NCBI GenBank assembly: GCA_002104905.1
Contig: MCFE01000432.1
Coordinates: 11,947-75,946, forward strand
Direction: 5' to 3'
Source: Basidiobolus meristosporus CBS 931.73
Lineage: Eukaryota; Fungi; Basidiobolomycota
Length of the DNA stretch: 64,000 nucleotides
Shown one piece after another: positions 24,981-37,375 of the stretch. Each line of letters starts with the position of its first letter. The stretch's first letter is position 1. The notes under the pieces were generated by a model. It had not been told where the DNA came from and ran no database searches. It saw only the letters and a list, made by a program, of their open reading frames with translations. The position numbers and the translations under genes are program-made.

Positions 24981-26021
24981 CGACACCAAGGCGAACAGAA
25001 CCATTAGTCCGGTGCGCAACACTGGGCGGACTATCCTTTGCTTTGTTTGTGACATGCACTCGTCGTTGATACGAAGCCACTTCTCGATATCAAGGGAAAA
25101 GCTGATCAACAGAATGGGCGCTGCGAACAATACGTGGATGGTGATGGCGGCGGTGGCAGCGAAGGTCAGGGGGGCGCCTTGGGGGAAATTCTGGAAGATC
25201 GGGGAATTGACCGAGTTTCCGTAAGCTAGGTATCCAATCACGCCAGCCAACATATACAAAACCAGGGTGGTGACCATGGCGCAGGTCAGGATCTTTGTCC
25301 AGGATTTAGGGGTCTTCATGGTTTTTTCGACGGCTGGGAAGACGGGACTACCTCCAAACGACAGACTGATGGATGCTAGAGCGATTGGGATCCCGGAAAC
25401 ATGAACGAATTCGTGTTTGTATTGCTTGCTCTCGTCCAAGTGGCCAATGCCGACAATGAGAATGACCACCACTGTGAAGACGGTGGCGAGGGTACCGAAC
25501 ACAGCCAAGATCTCAACCTCCTTCATGGTCTTGAAGATCACGAATGGCACCCAGATAACAACCGCGGCAATGATGGTCCATACTTTGAGAGACAAGTGTA
25601 CGCTAGTCTGGTCGATCATGTCCTTCATGTTGATACCAATCAACATAATGAAGGCACATCCAACGCCGAAGTAGAAGCACAAAAGAAACACCTCGACTAG
25701 ATATTTTCCGAATTTTCCAAAGGCCGCCTCGCCAATAGCAGAATAGCCGGAAAGTCTGCTCTTGCCGTCGTAGTATAAGCATTTGACCAAAACGTGACCG
25801 GTGTAGATGCAGAGGAAGCAAGAAAATACGGTAAGAAAAGCAGCGAACCAGCCACTTTGGTTGAAGGCATAGGCCATCTGAACGACACCCATACCAGCAA
25901 TGACGCATACGACATTGAAGTAAGCGCCGAAGTTGGAGCTAGTGCCAGCATGAGGATCGTTATTCACCTCAAACGAAAGGTCTTTTTCGTAGGTGTTCTT
26001 TTCGTCAAAATCAGTTGACAT
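24753..26021 (-). CDS. AAAP/Aa_trans amino-acid transporter (Avt1-like), paralog B, intronless, convergent with paralog A
   Basis: Same motifs as paralog A, collinear along the whole length. Confidence 0.9.
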   Translation of the reverse strand: MSTDFDEKNTYEKDLSFEVNNDPHAGTSSNFGAYFNVVCVIAGMGVVQMAYAFNQSGWFAAFLTVFSCFLCIYTGHVLVKCLYYDGKSRLSGYSAIGEAAFGKFGKYLVEVFLLCFYFGVGCAFIMLIGINMKDMIDQTSVHLSLKVWTIIAAVVIWVPFVIFKTMKEVEILAVFGTLATVFTVVVILIVGIGHLDESKQYKHEFVHVSGIPIALASISLSFGGSPVFPAVEKTMKTPKSWTKILTCAMVTTLVLYMLAGVIGYLAYGNSVNSPIFQNFPQGAPLTFAATAAITIHVLFAAPILLISFSLDIEKWLRINDECMSQTKQRIVRPVLRTGLMVLFALVSMFVPAFGDFMSLVGALTNCQIIFVFPVVFYLKLYGWRNIRWYELILCAIIIVVGMVSCVLGTIDAVKNLITALSN

Positions 26022-27177
26022 TTCGAGATATGGTGTGGATCGGAGTTTGTAACGTGTGGCAGAAAGGTTCTTGTGTTAGATTGAGCCAAGTGTACTAGAA
26101 AGTGGATAGATATTATCAAATCTGGGTATGAACACAAGGAGGCGATGACCGGTTTTTAAAGAATTTCAGAAACGCCTTGTCAAAGCCAATTTAACTTTAG
26201 TAAACGTTATCTACTAGTGATCATCAACCAATGTAAATAAGCCCAACTGGAGAAAAGAAGTTTCCTGTCCTACTTTCAATAATTGACATGTAAGGCTAGT
26301 GGCCCAATCTTATTGGGTCAATCCCGAATCTCAAGATTATGACTCAAAGAGTGTGGAAAAAAATTGGACAGGAAAGGGAACGTGGATCAAGAGCTTGCAC
26401 CAAATGTTTAAATCCATTCAGACCAGTGTTCCTGTTCGGTAATTCGCTCTCAGTAGCCGATTTCAATTGGAAGATGAATGAATGATTATGATACACCAGA
26501 GTACTGAGGCCTATTATGGAAGGGTTCACGTTTCTAATCATGAGACTAAAGTATGTAGTTGTCCCAAGAAGTGGATTAATATTACTTGAAATATCCTATC
26601 GATTCTACCACCAATTTTACCACTCCATCAAATAGCTCACCTCTGTTACCCGGTAACATTATGCTATCATATCGCGTCATACGTGGAACACTTGAATCCG
26701 GATTGAAACCAATCCTGCTTAGTTTACTCTTCCTCAATGCATCATTTTAATCATACATCAGTTGGGCTGAGATTGAAAATCTCACATCCATTAACATGCG
26801 CTTTACCCTTCGTGGTAGGTGTGCACAATAGGGATCATTCAAAGTAGACTGACATCGAGTTTATGCTGACTTGGAGGTTAGGTAGCTGGAGTCACTATTG
26901 ACGTTAAAAGCGTAGCATCCCTATCATTGGAACGTCATCAAATGCGTATGATGGGATTGGCCAAGAAAAAACAAACAATTCACATGAAAATACGGCAAAG
27001 TTTGATCATTCATTTCGCTATAGGAGCTAAACATGCCAAATTTATCATGTGTTGCTATTGTGTAAATTCTCTGATCTCACCAGCAAATCATTTCATTTTA
27101 AGCTGGATGTATTTCCGTTGTTGGTTACGTTAAGCAAGCGCCTTACAACTTCGCTTTGTACTCAGACTCAGTAAAAC

Positions 27178-28370
27178 ATGGACAAACTCAAGGAAGTAAG
27201 TTCACTATTCCATCACCAGGGGCCCCTTCATATTTTTTATGTTTTGAGGATAGCAGCTTTGATGCGTATTGATTTGGGCTTTCTACTACACAACATACTG
27301 CAGTAATTTGGATGTCTTCATCCACTGCTGGTCCACACTTTCCATTAGCAGCGTGTTGACTTTTTTGCATCTATAGAGAATCAACACACTTCGTGCCGAG
27401 GCTGATGCAGCTGCCACTCGCGCCGAAGAAGCGGAAGCCCTAGTGAAGAAGTTGAACGCCACTCAACTTGACCATGACCAAGAAATCATTGGTTTCCAGA
27501 AGAAGATTCAATTGTTGGAAGAACAGTTGGACAAAGCAGAAGAGAGATTGGTCGAGTCCAAGGCCTCTAACGAAGCAACTGAAGACCATAGAAGCCTGAA
27601 CGATTCCTTGAGTAAGAAGTTGTCCATGGTGGAGGACAAGTTGGAGGAGACCGAAACCAAACTTAAGGAGGCCACCGAGAAGTAAGTGTTATTGTGCGGG
27701 TGAAGCTCCCTCACTCTTATCAATGGCGGTGTGGCTCACCCTAAATCTTCTTGGTAGACTTCGTGACATCGATTTGAAGGCAGAGCAGGCTGAGCGTAAA
27801 GTCCAGCAACTCGAGAACGAGAAGATTGAACTGGAGAACAAGTCAGTATATTTGTGTGGTATCTTATCATTTGTGGAATGGAGCCTAACGCTTTAGCAAT
27901 TAGACTCCAAGAAGCACCCAACCCTAATGTCAACAACCACGAGCGGGACCAAGAGCTTATCGCACTACAAAGTAAGCTGAGCATGTTGCAAATCGAGCTG
28001 GATCGTACCGAAGAAAAACTCGAGAGCGCCAAATCCACTCGTGTTGGCGAAGATCAAAGCAAGACTGAGATCGAGGCTAGAGACAAGAAGATTGGCTTGC
28101 TTGAGGATGATCTCGAGGAAACCAAGAACAAGTTGCGTGAATCCAATGAGAAGTGAGTGTGCTCTAATACGATCCCTTCAACAACCGTGTCCTTACTGTC
28201 TTTTTAGAACTCGTGACCTGGACCTGAAGTGTGAGCAGCTAGAGCGCCGTGTACAACAGATGGAGAACGAGAAAGACAAGTTGGAGAAGAAGTTGGAGGA
28301 GGCACAGGAGAAATACAACGAGGTTCGCAAGGAGCTGGATGATACTTTGAAGACAATCGAAGAGATGTAA
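27178..28370 (+). CDS. TPM: Tropomyosin with internally duplicated exons (5 exons)
   Basis: Exons 27178-27195 (MDKLKE), 27377-27681, 27758-27841, 27904-28152, 28208-28370; heptad coiled coil; LRDIDLKAEQAERKVQQLE / TRDLDLKCEQLERRVQQME duplicated. Confidence 0.85.
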
Positions 28371-28532
28371 ACCCCCTATTTTGTATCCTGCCAAGAAGCA
28401 TTCATACTCCTGCTTATTTTAAATCATCGCCACATCCACTCCGCACCAACCGATGTAAATAAACCTATGTTTGTTGATGCGATCGAAGCAAGCACCAGAA
28501 GTATGCAGTTCAAGGGATCTTTATATATCAAT

Positions 28533-30909
28533 TTATCCAAGGAAATCGAAGGGACATGTATGGTAGGGATGTGTAATGGCGAATTCTAGTGGGCCAAGGT
28601 CATGAGGCTCATTCCGAAGCGGTGGAGATGAATTCAATGATGCTTGGTGCTGAGCGCTCATTGATGTTGAATGGACCTGGTGGACTGCTTTGGGCCAGGG
28701 TGATATATGCCTTTCGCAGGTCAACACATTTCTTGCCACAAAATACCCCCGATTAGTCTCGTGACTGAGGTAGAAACTTGCAAGCATAAACATCTTACCT
28801 CCTCGTCGTCTAGCTCCTTTGTTCCGATCTTGCACATTTTCTCGGCCCAATCGTTCACCAATTTCAGCACTTCGGGGGACTGACTGTTGATTCCAAAGGA
28901 CTGGACTTCGGTCAAAAACTTCACCCCTTGGGTATGTGCAAAGATGCTCCACTCGGTACAGCGAATAAAGAAGTCCTCCACGAGGATCTTTTGTAACTTT
29001 CTGGATCCCAAAATTACATTGATCGACTGAACCAGCAGAGAGAGTATAGACTGGAACAGATCTTCGTAGCTGCTAGGGTTTGTAGGAAGCACCTGAAAGA
29101 GAACGGGTGCGATTCGATTGAAGGCAACCAGATCGCTCTCGTAGAGACGATCCAATGCATATTGGCAGAAAATCTGGTCGAAACGGCCGCGTCAGTGTGG
29201 ATGGAGATGTCTGGTAAGCTGCATGAAAAATCACCTTTCTCGCCACTTCGCTCCTCCCCAAGACGGCAATCTCGCTCTCGGTCAACGCCTCCGCCAACAC
29301 CTCTTCATCCTCCACGGCGTTGTTTTTCTTCGCGTGCTCCTCGCGGTGGATGTCGTCGGTAATCAGGCCCACCATGGCCGAGTAGAATTTGGACGTGACC
29401 TCCTTGTCAACCTTGGGGATCTTGAAGCTCCTCGTCTGAATCATGATTCTGGCATGGTATCCCAGATTCAGGATAGTGGAGGTCCAAATGATGTTTCTTT
29501 CAGACTGAAATCAAAAATGTGGGTGAGGCTTTGCTGCGGCGTAGGGGCTGAAATGGTGATTACCTTGGGCTCAAGCTGCTTGGATGCTGCCGTGTGAAGT
29601 AAATGCAATAGCTGAAGAGAGAGCATATTTGCGGTGAACGGGCCAAGCAGTATCATGGCAATATCGCTAAGAACGTATCGGGTTACTCATCGAGATGGCG
29701 GTGTGAAACATACGCGAGGGGATCTATACCCATATACTGGATCCTCCTTCACCACACCGTCAAAGAACTTCTGCATATCGCGCACTCGTCGTTCGTCCAT
29801 CGATTGTGTGCGAATACATGCGTCCAGCGCCCAGACAAGCTGATGACATGGATCCTTTTCATAAATCTACAGAGATTCCGGGGGGTGAGTACCGGGGGAT
29901 TCAACGCAGCCTCGCACTCCAACTTACCTCGTTTACATCCGCCTCATGCATAGCCATTAACAGGTCGAATCTCAAAGTACAATAGTTGGTGTAACCGGTG
30001 CTAAGAAACAAGGTTCTCAAAAACCCTAAAACTAGATCATATAAAGTAATATTTGTCCCGATTACATGAACCAAATCTTTGATGGTTGAATGCTCGCGGC
30101 TGGGCCGATGTGTTAGAAAGGTCGCTCGCAGGAGCCAAACGGGAAACCCATCTCACCGAAGTTTGGTTATCTTCACTACGTCCTTGTGTCTCAACTCCCT
30201 TCCTATTCCATAATGGTCCATGTCGTAATGGTATCGCTGTAGCTTCGGGACAACGTAATCACTGAAGAGCGTATTATCATTCAACCACAGTTGACGTTTC
30301 ACTTCCACGGGACATTCAGCGTAAACCTCGGCTTGTTGTGATATACTCTCGAGAACATCCTTTGGAATACGCTCTGGGTGTTTACTCAGCAGTTTCATAG
30401 GGACTTCTCTTAACTCCTTCAAGTGAATGTACGTCAAAGTTTTCTTCAGAAGCTTCTGGAACCTAAAGTGCATTTGGTTGAGCCTTTGGGTGCGTTGTAT
30501 ATCTCCACTATGTAGGATGAATCCAATAATACCTCTCTTCGTCCAGATCCTCTTTCTGTATTTTTTCCAGCATCCGAGTTTTCATCGAATCCAGAAACGC
30601 GCCATGCATCTCAGCACGGCTGTATTCCAGATGGTCAAGCAGCGGATAGATTGCCTGTATGTTTGGTAGTAAAAGAAGAAAGCAAAAAAGGATCATAGGT
30701 CATTTAAATCTATTGACGAATAGTGTGGTATGTTGCAAGCTTGAAAACAGTATAACAATTTGACGAAAGGTATCATCCAATCCATATTTCGCGCGAATTT
30801 CTGCTATAACTATCTTGGGGTCATTCAGCGACAGGGAATTCTTCACATGTTGCCCACCTTCCACACCAACTAAATAGTGTTTGGGCTCGGTCTCCATTGG
30901 ATCTGACAT
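28533..30909 (-). CDS. NELFB: Negative elongation factor B (NELF-B/COBRA1) homologue, multi-exon; 3' end approximate
   Basis: LVGVEGG, PLLDHLEYSRAEMH, ECPVEVKRQLWLNDNTLF, DPCHQLVWALDACIR, IQTRSFKIPKVDKEVTSKF match recalled human COBRA1 blocks (ACAVEVKRQIWQDNQALF, DPCHKFTWCLDACIR) in order. Confidence 0.85.
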
Positions 30910-31390
30910 AATGATTCTACTGTGTGGTTTTTCGGTGTGTATCGTATTCGTGGTTCTCTGTGGCGTGAGTGTGCTCAAGTACCTGTCGAAGAAAATGTCG
31001 AGTCAAAGGACTTACTTTACTAGGCCTATAACCAAGTGTTGTTTCGGAATTTTCCAAGGAAATTTTTACTTACTATTACTTCATCCAAAGGTAAGATAGT
31101 CCTCACCCTACATCTCAATTTAATCAATTTAGTCATATTCTCAACTGGAATTGCATTAAACTTAAACCTGAAATTCCCTTCGATTTTGCTTTTTTTCCTC
31201 CTCAAACAATTCAATTAAATTTCACCAACGCGTTATATCATACTACACGAAACGCGTGGATCGCTAATCGAAATGGATATGATTTCAATTTAGAAGGCTG
31301 ATTGGTCGAAGTTTGTATTGGATGCAGTCTATATATTGCAGTGACCTTCGTTCTCAAACTTCACAAACACATCTTGTCCTCAATATCAAA

Positions 31391-31789
31391 ATGTCTGGCA
31401 AAGCTGGTGGTAAGAGCGGTAAAGCTGTAAGCGGTGGTTCCAAGTCCCGTTCCTCAAAGGCCGGACTTCAGTTCCCAGTCGGTCGTATCCATCGTCACTT
31501 GCGTAAGGGCAACTACTCCCAGCGTATTGCTGCTGGTGCACCAGTCTACTTGGCTGCCGTATTGGAGTACCTCGCGGCCGAAATCCTCGAGTTGGCAGGA
31601 AACGCCGCCCGCGACAACAAGAAGACAAGAATCATTCCTCGTCACTTGCAACTGGCCATCAGAAACGATGAAGAGTTGAACAAACTGCTGTCAAACGTCA
31701 CTATTGCACAAGGTGGTGTTCTGCCCAACATTCATGGATCGCTTCTTCCCAAGAAGTCCAAGAAGGAAGGCGAATCCCAAGAGCTGTAA
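31391..31789 (+). CDS. HTA: Histone H2A with C-terminal SQEL (H2A.X-type) motif
   Basis: [55 protein letters not shown]; ATG at 31391. Confidence 0.97.
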   Translation: MSGKAGGKSGKAVSGGSKSRSSKAGLQFPVGRIHRHLRKGNYSQRIAAGAPVYLAAVLEYLAAEILELAGNAARDNKKTRIIPRHLQLAIRNDEELNKLLSNVTIAQGGVLPNIHGSLLPKKSKKEGESQEL

Positions 31790-31958
31790 GTGGGAAAACC
31801 TACATAATTGTAGTATGCACCTCTCAAGAGGTCCACATCATTCTGTCCATGTATAGTGTTCTTATAGTTGTATTAACGAAATTAAATAATAGCCAAGTGC
31901 ATTTAAAAACTTTATATGAAGTTCATAATGTAACCACGTTTATTAGAGACGATTGAAT

Positions 31959-32491
31959 TTACAGCTTTTGAATAATGGCTTCGCTGGATTTTTTAACCTC
32001 GTCGATGGAGGGTGACTTGGCGGGCCAGCGGATACCTAATCCCTCAGCTTCGTTAGGCTTGGGAATGACGTGGAAGTGCACATGTGGTACAACTTGATGG
32101 GCAAGAGAGCCGTTATTCTATTACATAATATTAGCAAGAATTGAGAAAGAATTGACAATGCATGGCGTACCTGCAAGATGTTGTAGTTTTTAGCACCAAT
32201 AGCTAAGGCAACCTTCTTAGCTAATGGAAGCATATCAGCCAAATATTCGTCAGGGACCTCATGAGCAAATTGAGCGTGGTCTATCATGGACATACAATTT
32301 AACGTATTGTTTGAAACGATACAGGTTTGTTATCAGTACTTACACTTGGGGATAATCAATGTGTGTCCTTCAGAGAGTGGTTGAATATCCATGAAGGCAT
32401 AACTCAAGTCAGTCTCGATTACTTTGCAAGAGGGGATTTCACCACGAATAATCTTGCAAAAGATGCAATCATCAGCAAGTTTCTGGGACAT
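31959..32491 (-). CDS. HNT1: HIT-family hydrolase (Hnt1/HINT), multi-exon
   Basis: MSQKLADDCIFCKII, DIQPLSEGHTLIIP, NNGSLAHQVVPHVHFHVIP histidine triad. Confidence 0.9.
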
Positions 32492-32903
32492 GGTGTAGTG
32501 GTAGCTTATGAATATAAGGTGGAGTTCAGTGAATGGGAAATGGTTGATTAATATATGTCCAAATTGTTTGCGTCATCAGCAAATCTACTAAATTTGGGGT
32601 TTACGGGCTCTCCATATTTACTGATTTACACATCGTTTTCTGAGGTGAATGATGAGAATGGAAGGTATTAGAGAAACCAAAGTGTCTTAGTTCTTGATTA
32701 TATCCTGTTTGTTTCTTCGGAATTGTAACTCAACAGGTATGATATCGGAGTACAAATGCGAATATCATTCAAGCCTCATTTTTCATGGAAATCATTAAAT
32801 CGTGCTATAGGTAACCAATCTAATATCGAGATAAATAACGGTGCTTCTTTGGTGGTATATGCCTATTCGTCAGTTTATAGCTAGACTCGATTTAAGTATC
32901 GGA

Positions 32904-32976
32904 GGGGCATTGGCCTAATGGATAAGGCATCAGACTTCGGATCTGGGGATTGTGGGTTCGAGTCCCATGTGCCTCG
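32904..32976 (+). tRNA. tRNA-Arg(TCG)
   Basis: GGGGCAT/GTGCCTC acceptor stem, TGGCCTAATGGATAAGGC D-arm, TCAGA-CT-TCG-GA-TCTGG anticodon arm, GGTTCGAGTCC; 73 nt. Confidence 0.95.
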
Positions 32977-33143
32977 TATAATTTTTTTTGTAAATAGTGA
33001 ATTTCTTCCATGTCCGTATCATTGTTTACAATCTAAATATCGCAATAAACAGGTTGACGATTGCCTTGGTATGCATTCAATCAAATCTGATCTGTCATTG
33101 AAAAGTAGGGGGATGCGTTTAGTAAAGAGCACTTGTATATTCT

Positions 33144-34868
33144 ATGGAGACGTTGCCCAGTGAAGTATTGTTTTATATTTTTCATGAGGTAGACGACATT
33201 TCCCTGTGCTTTCGAAGCCTACTTCAAACGAATAGACGGTTGTTTGGTCGCCTTCTTGGCAACCATACCTTCTGGTATCGACAATGGTTGCTCTGCTTCA
33301 GTACTGAGCTAGGCACTTCCGAGCGTACCAGTTGTCGTCGATTCATTTCGGAGAAAGATTCTAAAGAGAAAAGGGATTTACTTCACAAGAGTTCTGGCTC
33401 TGCTACCAATGCCATCACTCCTGAAATATCGGACTGGTTCTGGTTGTTTCGGGCACGCGCAATGTTGACACATGCTTGGGTTAAGAGGCGGTTTCAGACC
33501 CAAATCTTCGATAAGCCTTCTAATTCTAGAGTATTCCTGGTAGACAATAACCCAGATCTACTTGGTATATTGTCTCCTCGGCTCTCCCTGTTGACCATCC
33601 AATCGCTAAGAGATGAAAAAAAGTATTGTGTCGAACTTCCTCCTAGGATAGAGGAAGTATGCTTTCTAGTTTCGGACGGCTCGTGGGTGCTTACTGATAT
33701 TCGCTCGCGGAAAAACAGAGAAGCAACTGCTGTCGATCGTGTAATCAATGTTGTTAGCCTCAAAACAAGCGCCTCTTGCAACATACGCCTTAATCCTCAA
33801 CAGGTCGAAAATGGATTCTTAGCGTTTAGAGAGCCCATGTTGATATTGGAAAAAAGTAGCGACTCCATCCCAGAATGTGCCATTGTCGATGTCAGGAATA
33901 GAGCATATCCGCCATTGACTATAGGTATTGAGCCTCAAGCCATCGGGGTTCTTGAGGAAAAATCAGGTACGGAGGAGAACAAGGTACAACTGGAATCGTA
34001 CGCGATCGAGGAGGCCTTGCTTCATCCTCAGTTGCCAATTGTTATGGTGATTGCTTCTGGACAAGTCCACTTTTACATGTATCACGGAGAAATCGGCGCT
34101 AGAAAACATGCAACTCTTCTTCTTAACATTGACCTGAATTCGCAGGTTACTGATCATTATTGGAACAAATTCGAGCTCCCGGCTGTGATATGGCAAAAGC
34201 AACCAGACCGTCAAAGCGGGTACATCGATGATTCTTGTGCAATAATTACCTGGCTTGTGCACCCTCTTGACCCATTTGTGACGTCAACGAATAGTGGGGT
34301 GTATTGCATGAAGATCAGCATTGATTCTAGGAGAGGCACTGATATCAAATGCCAGACTTGTGGCGAGCACCATAGGATTCCTAAACTCCAAGTCGACTGG
34401 CGCACGCGCTTTGTGGTGAAGTTATGGACAGAGCTTAATGATGAGAGACGCTACGACAAGAATCAAATCTTTTCTTTTAATCCAAGAAATCTTTTGTCCA
34501 TTGGCATTCGGACGCAATCCAAGTTCGTGTTCCTGATGTTAACTCTGAGCTCTGGGAAGTTCTGCAGGTCTGCTGAGGTCGAGGTGCTATCCAAATACTC
34601 CAAATATCACGTCGCCAAATTCCCCAACATCAAACCAATGCTATCAATCTTGAACAAACAACTCTGCCAGGTCGAGTTTCTCTGCTGCGAAACTGGGTGC
34701 TTGGTCAATTCATGGAGCTTCCGAGATAACACAAAGAGCCCCAGAAAGCTGAAAAGACACACAAGGCACATTAATGTTGCAAATGTTAGTGAAGAGGCTT
34801 TCATTGTTTCTCCTCAATTACACTATTTGTTCTTCGGGGAAAATGTCCATCGTAGAATTATGAGATAG
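33144..34868 (+). CDS. F-box-like protein of unknown function, intronless
   Basis: 574-aa ORF starting METLPSEVLFYIFHEVD (LPxE..IF F-box start); remainder unrecognised. Confidence 0.65.
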   Translation: METLPSEVLFYIFHEVDDISLCFRSLLQTNRRLFGRLLGNHTFWYRQWLLCFSTELGTSERTSCRRFISEKDSKEKRDLLHKSSGSATNAITPEISDWFWLFRARAMLTHAWVKRRFQTQIFDKPSNSRVFLVDNNPDLLGILSPRLSLLTIQSLRDEKKYCVELPPRIEEVCFLVSDGSWVLTDIRSRKNREATAVDRVINVVSLKTSASCNIRLNPQQVENGFLAFREPMLILEKSSDSIPECAIVDVRNRAYPPLTIGIEPQAIGVLEEKSGTEENKVQLESYAIEEALLHPQLPIVMVIASGQVHFYMYHGEIGARKHATLLLNIDLNSQVTDHYWNKFELPAVIWQKQPDRQSGYIDDSCAIITWLVHPLDPFVTSTNSGVYCMKISIDSRRGTDIKCQTCGEHHRIPKLQVDWRTRFVVKLWTELNDERRYDKNQIFSFNPRNLLSIGIRTQSKFVFLMLTLSSGKFCRSAEVEVLSKYSKYHVAKFPNIKPMLSILNKQLCQVEFLCCETGCLVNSWSFRDNTKSPRKLKRHTRHINVANVSEEAFIVSPQLHYLFFGENVHRRIMR

Positions 34869-35413
34869 CCATATGCCTCGGTCCTTGCACGTGCCAGTCA
34901 ACATGGTTGGAAATCAGCCAAATAAAGCCACATTCACCGGCAGACAACCAAGGGAGAGGAAATGCGTAGTGGTTTCACCGGAAGAGGCGCATTTTATTGG
35001 CGCATATCATTGACCGGAATGGAAGTATTGTTGGGTATTGATCTATTTCAATGGGACGCTGTCTTGAAGCCGCTCTGGTAAAAATGAGCTAGATTTGGTA
35101 GCCAGATGATCCTTCTCCACAAAATATAATGAGCTTCGAATGTTCCAATCAAGCAAATTCTCCAAATCAGTTAGCCATTAATCACTTTTGCCGGGTTGGA
35201 GGACAAGTTGTAACTTTATCTGTAGCTTATCCCGAAGAAGGCATATTGTCTTTTTTCAAGGTTTGCCAATTCTATTAAGAAGAGCTAGAGCTGACAAAAA
35301 ATATAACCTTCCTTCTATGGTATTGATCCACGAAGAACTCGAGTGGTGATAAATACTCCTCGGCACTCTTGTGAGTCAGCACATAATTCTCTTCTCTCTG
35401 AAAACCCTACAAG

Positions 35414-37087
35414 ATGTCTACCGAAAACAACGGTATCCTGGCCAGACTGAAAGACTTTCGCGAGTCGAAAACTGCCGTCTTGGTTGTCGTCACTCTTGCC
35501 ATCTTTACGTATGTGCCATTGATAAAGTATGTGGTTTCATTGAACTAAAACCTCTTGCTTTTCATAGTGATATGCTTATATACGGTATAGTGGTAAGTAG
35601 CGCATTATTGTATCTATTGACATTCCATATCCTCAACCGGGGTTTCCATATAGGTCCCCATCTTACCCACGATTGTAGAAGAAAAGCTTCAGGGTGATTC
35701 TACTACAGTTGGTCTTCTCATGGGCTCCTTCGGTAAGATTTCTGATGTCACACGTAACATGAGTGGGCCTGCTAACCCTTCCCATAGCTGCTGGATTGTT
35801 AGGAGCAACCCCAGTATTTGCTCTGCTTAGTGATCGCTATAGAAAAAGAAAACTCCCCATGCTCGTCAGCTTACTGTGTCTGTGCATCGCATGCGCCCTT
35901 TTCCCACTGGCAAACGCATTTTGGGAGTTCTTGCTTATCCGCGTTGTGCAAGGAATCTCAGCTGCTGCCTCTTGGGTGATTGGAGTAGCTATGTTGGCTG
36001 ATGCATTCCCTCCAAATCAATTTGGAATTGCCGTTGGAACAGCTATGGGTGGCCATGGAGTGGGATTTGCAGTTGGCCCAACCATTGGTGGCTTGCTCTT
36101 TGAACACTCTAGCTACGCCTCTCCCTTTATCCTTTGTGCATCACTGGCATTTTTTGATTTCGTGGTACGCTTGTGCATTGCCCCCAACGATTCTCAGATG
36201 AAACAAATGTCGGAGGCCATAGAGGAAGCAAGCAAGAAGCTTCACACGGATGCTGAAAAATCCACCAGTAGCGAGATCAACGACGGAGTTAGCGCCGAGC
36301 CAAAATCCCTGAACATGCTAACAATGATGAAACACTGGCCGATCATCAAGTGCTTTTTAATCACCCTGCTATCATCCTCAGCTTATGCTTGTAAGTTACC
36401 CTAATCATGAGCTCAACCTCTTACCTTGGGTCAATGCTAAATAGGTTCTTTTTGTTAGGTGTTGAGCCAACACTCACAATCTATCTAGGCGAGGAGTTCG
36501 GCTACAACACTGGCACGATTGGATTGCTATACATCGCCCTTGTTGTTCCTAATGTATTTGTTGCTCCAATCTCTGGATGGCTGAGCGATCATTATGGGCG
36601 CATGTTTGTGAGCGGTCTCGGTTTGCTCGTGTTCGCCCCGATAATTGTTCTGTTGGCTGTTCCCAAGGTTCTCTGGGGCCTCATTGTGGTAATGATGGTA
36701 TGCGGCGCAAGTCAGTCAATGGTGAGATTTTTGTGGTAGCTCCTAGTCCGAAAAAAAAACGCTAATTTCACCCTTAGGTGATGACACCGGTGCAACCAGA
36801 ACTCGGTGATTATATTCGTACACTTGGTGGAGGTGCTTATGCTCAGGCCTTTGGCCTCTTCAACATGGCGTTTAGCGGAGGTACGTCTCGCTGTCTGTAA
36901 GTGTTGTGATACTCAGTTGAATTGACGTTTGAACTTTAAAGGCATGTTCATTGGCCCAATCATTGGAGGCATTGCTTATGACCGGATTGGATTTCTATAT
37001 ACATTGCTAATCTTTGCCATTATGAATGCTCTTCTAATCCCATTTATTATCACCAAACCGCGAAGAAACGCGCCAACAAGCGAATAG
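35414..37087 (+). CDS. MFS transporter, SLC18/vesicular amine transporter-like, multi-exon
   Basis: DMLIYGIVVPILP, LSDRYRKRK loop, RVVQGISAAASW, LSDHYGR; several GT-AG introns. Confidence 0.85.
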
Positions 37088-37375
37088 AAGTTGTGCCAGT
37101 TTGATGAGTCCGACTCGGCCATTGTTATCACATTTTCAATGGCCCTTCCGGGCAGTTGTAGAAAGCTTGTAATATATACACAAGAGACTTTCTTTGGAAT
37201 TCTCCACTTACTGTAGTTCAGTTAATCAACTCTTAACCATTTGCGCAATAAATATGTGAACGATACATAGTGACTGCAGTTTGACCGATATGGAGATGTA
37301 ACCATATTAAAATAGCCATGCAAGTAGAATGGGCGCAATTGGGTTTTAATGAAATTAATGCAATGCTTATCGCCT

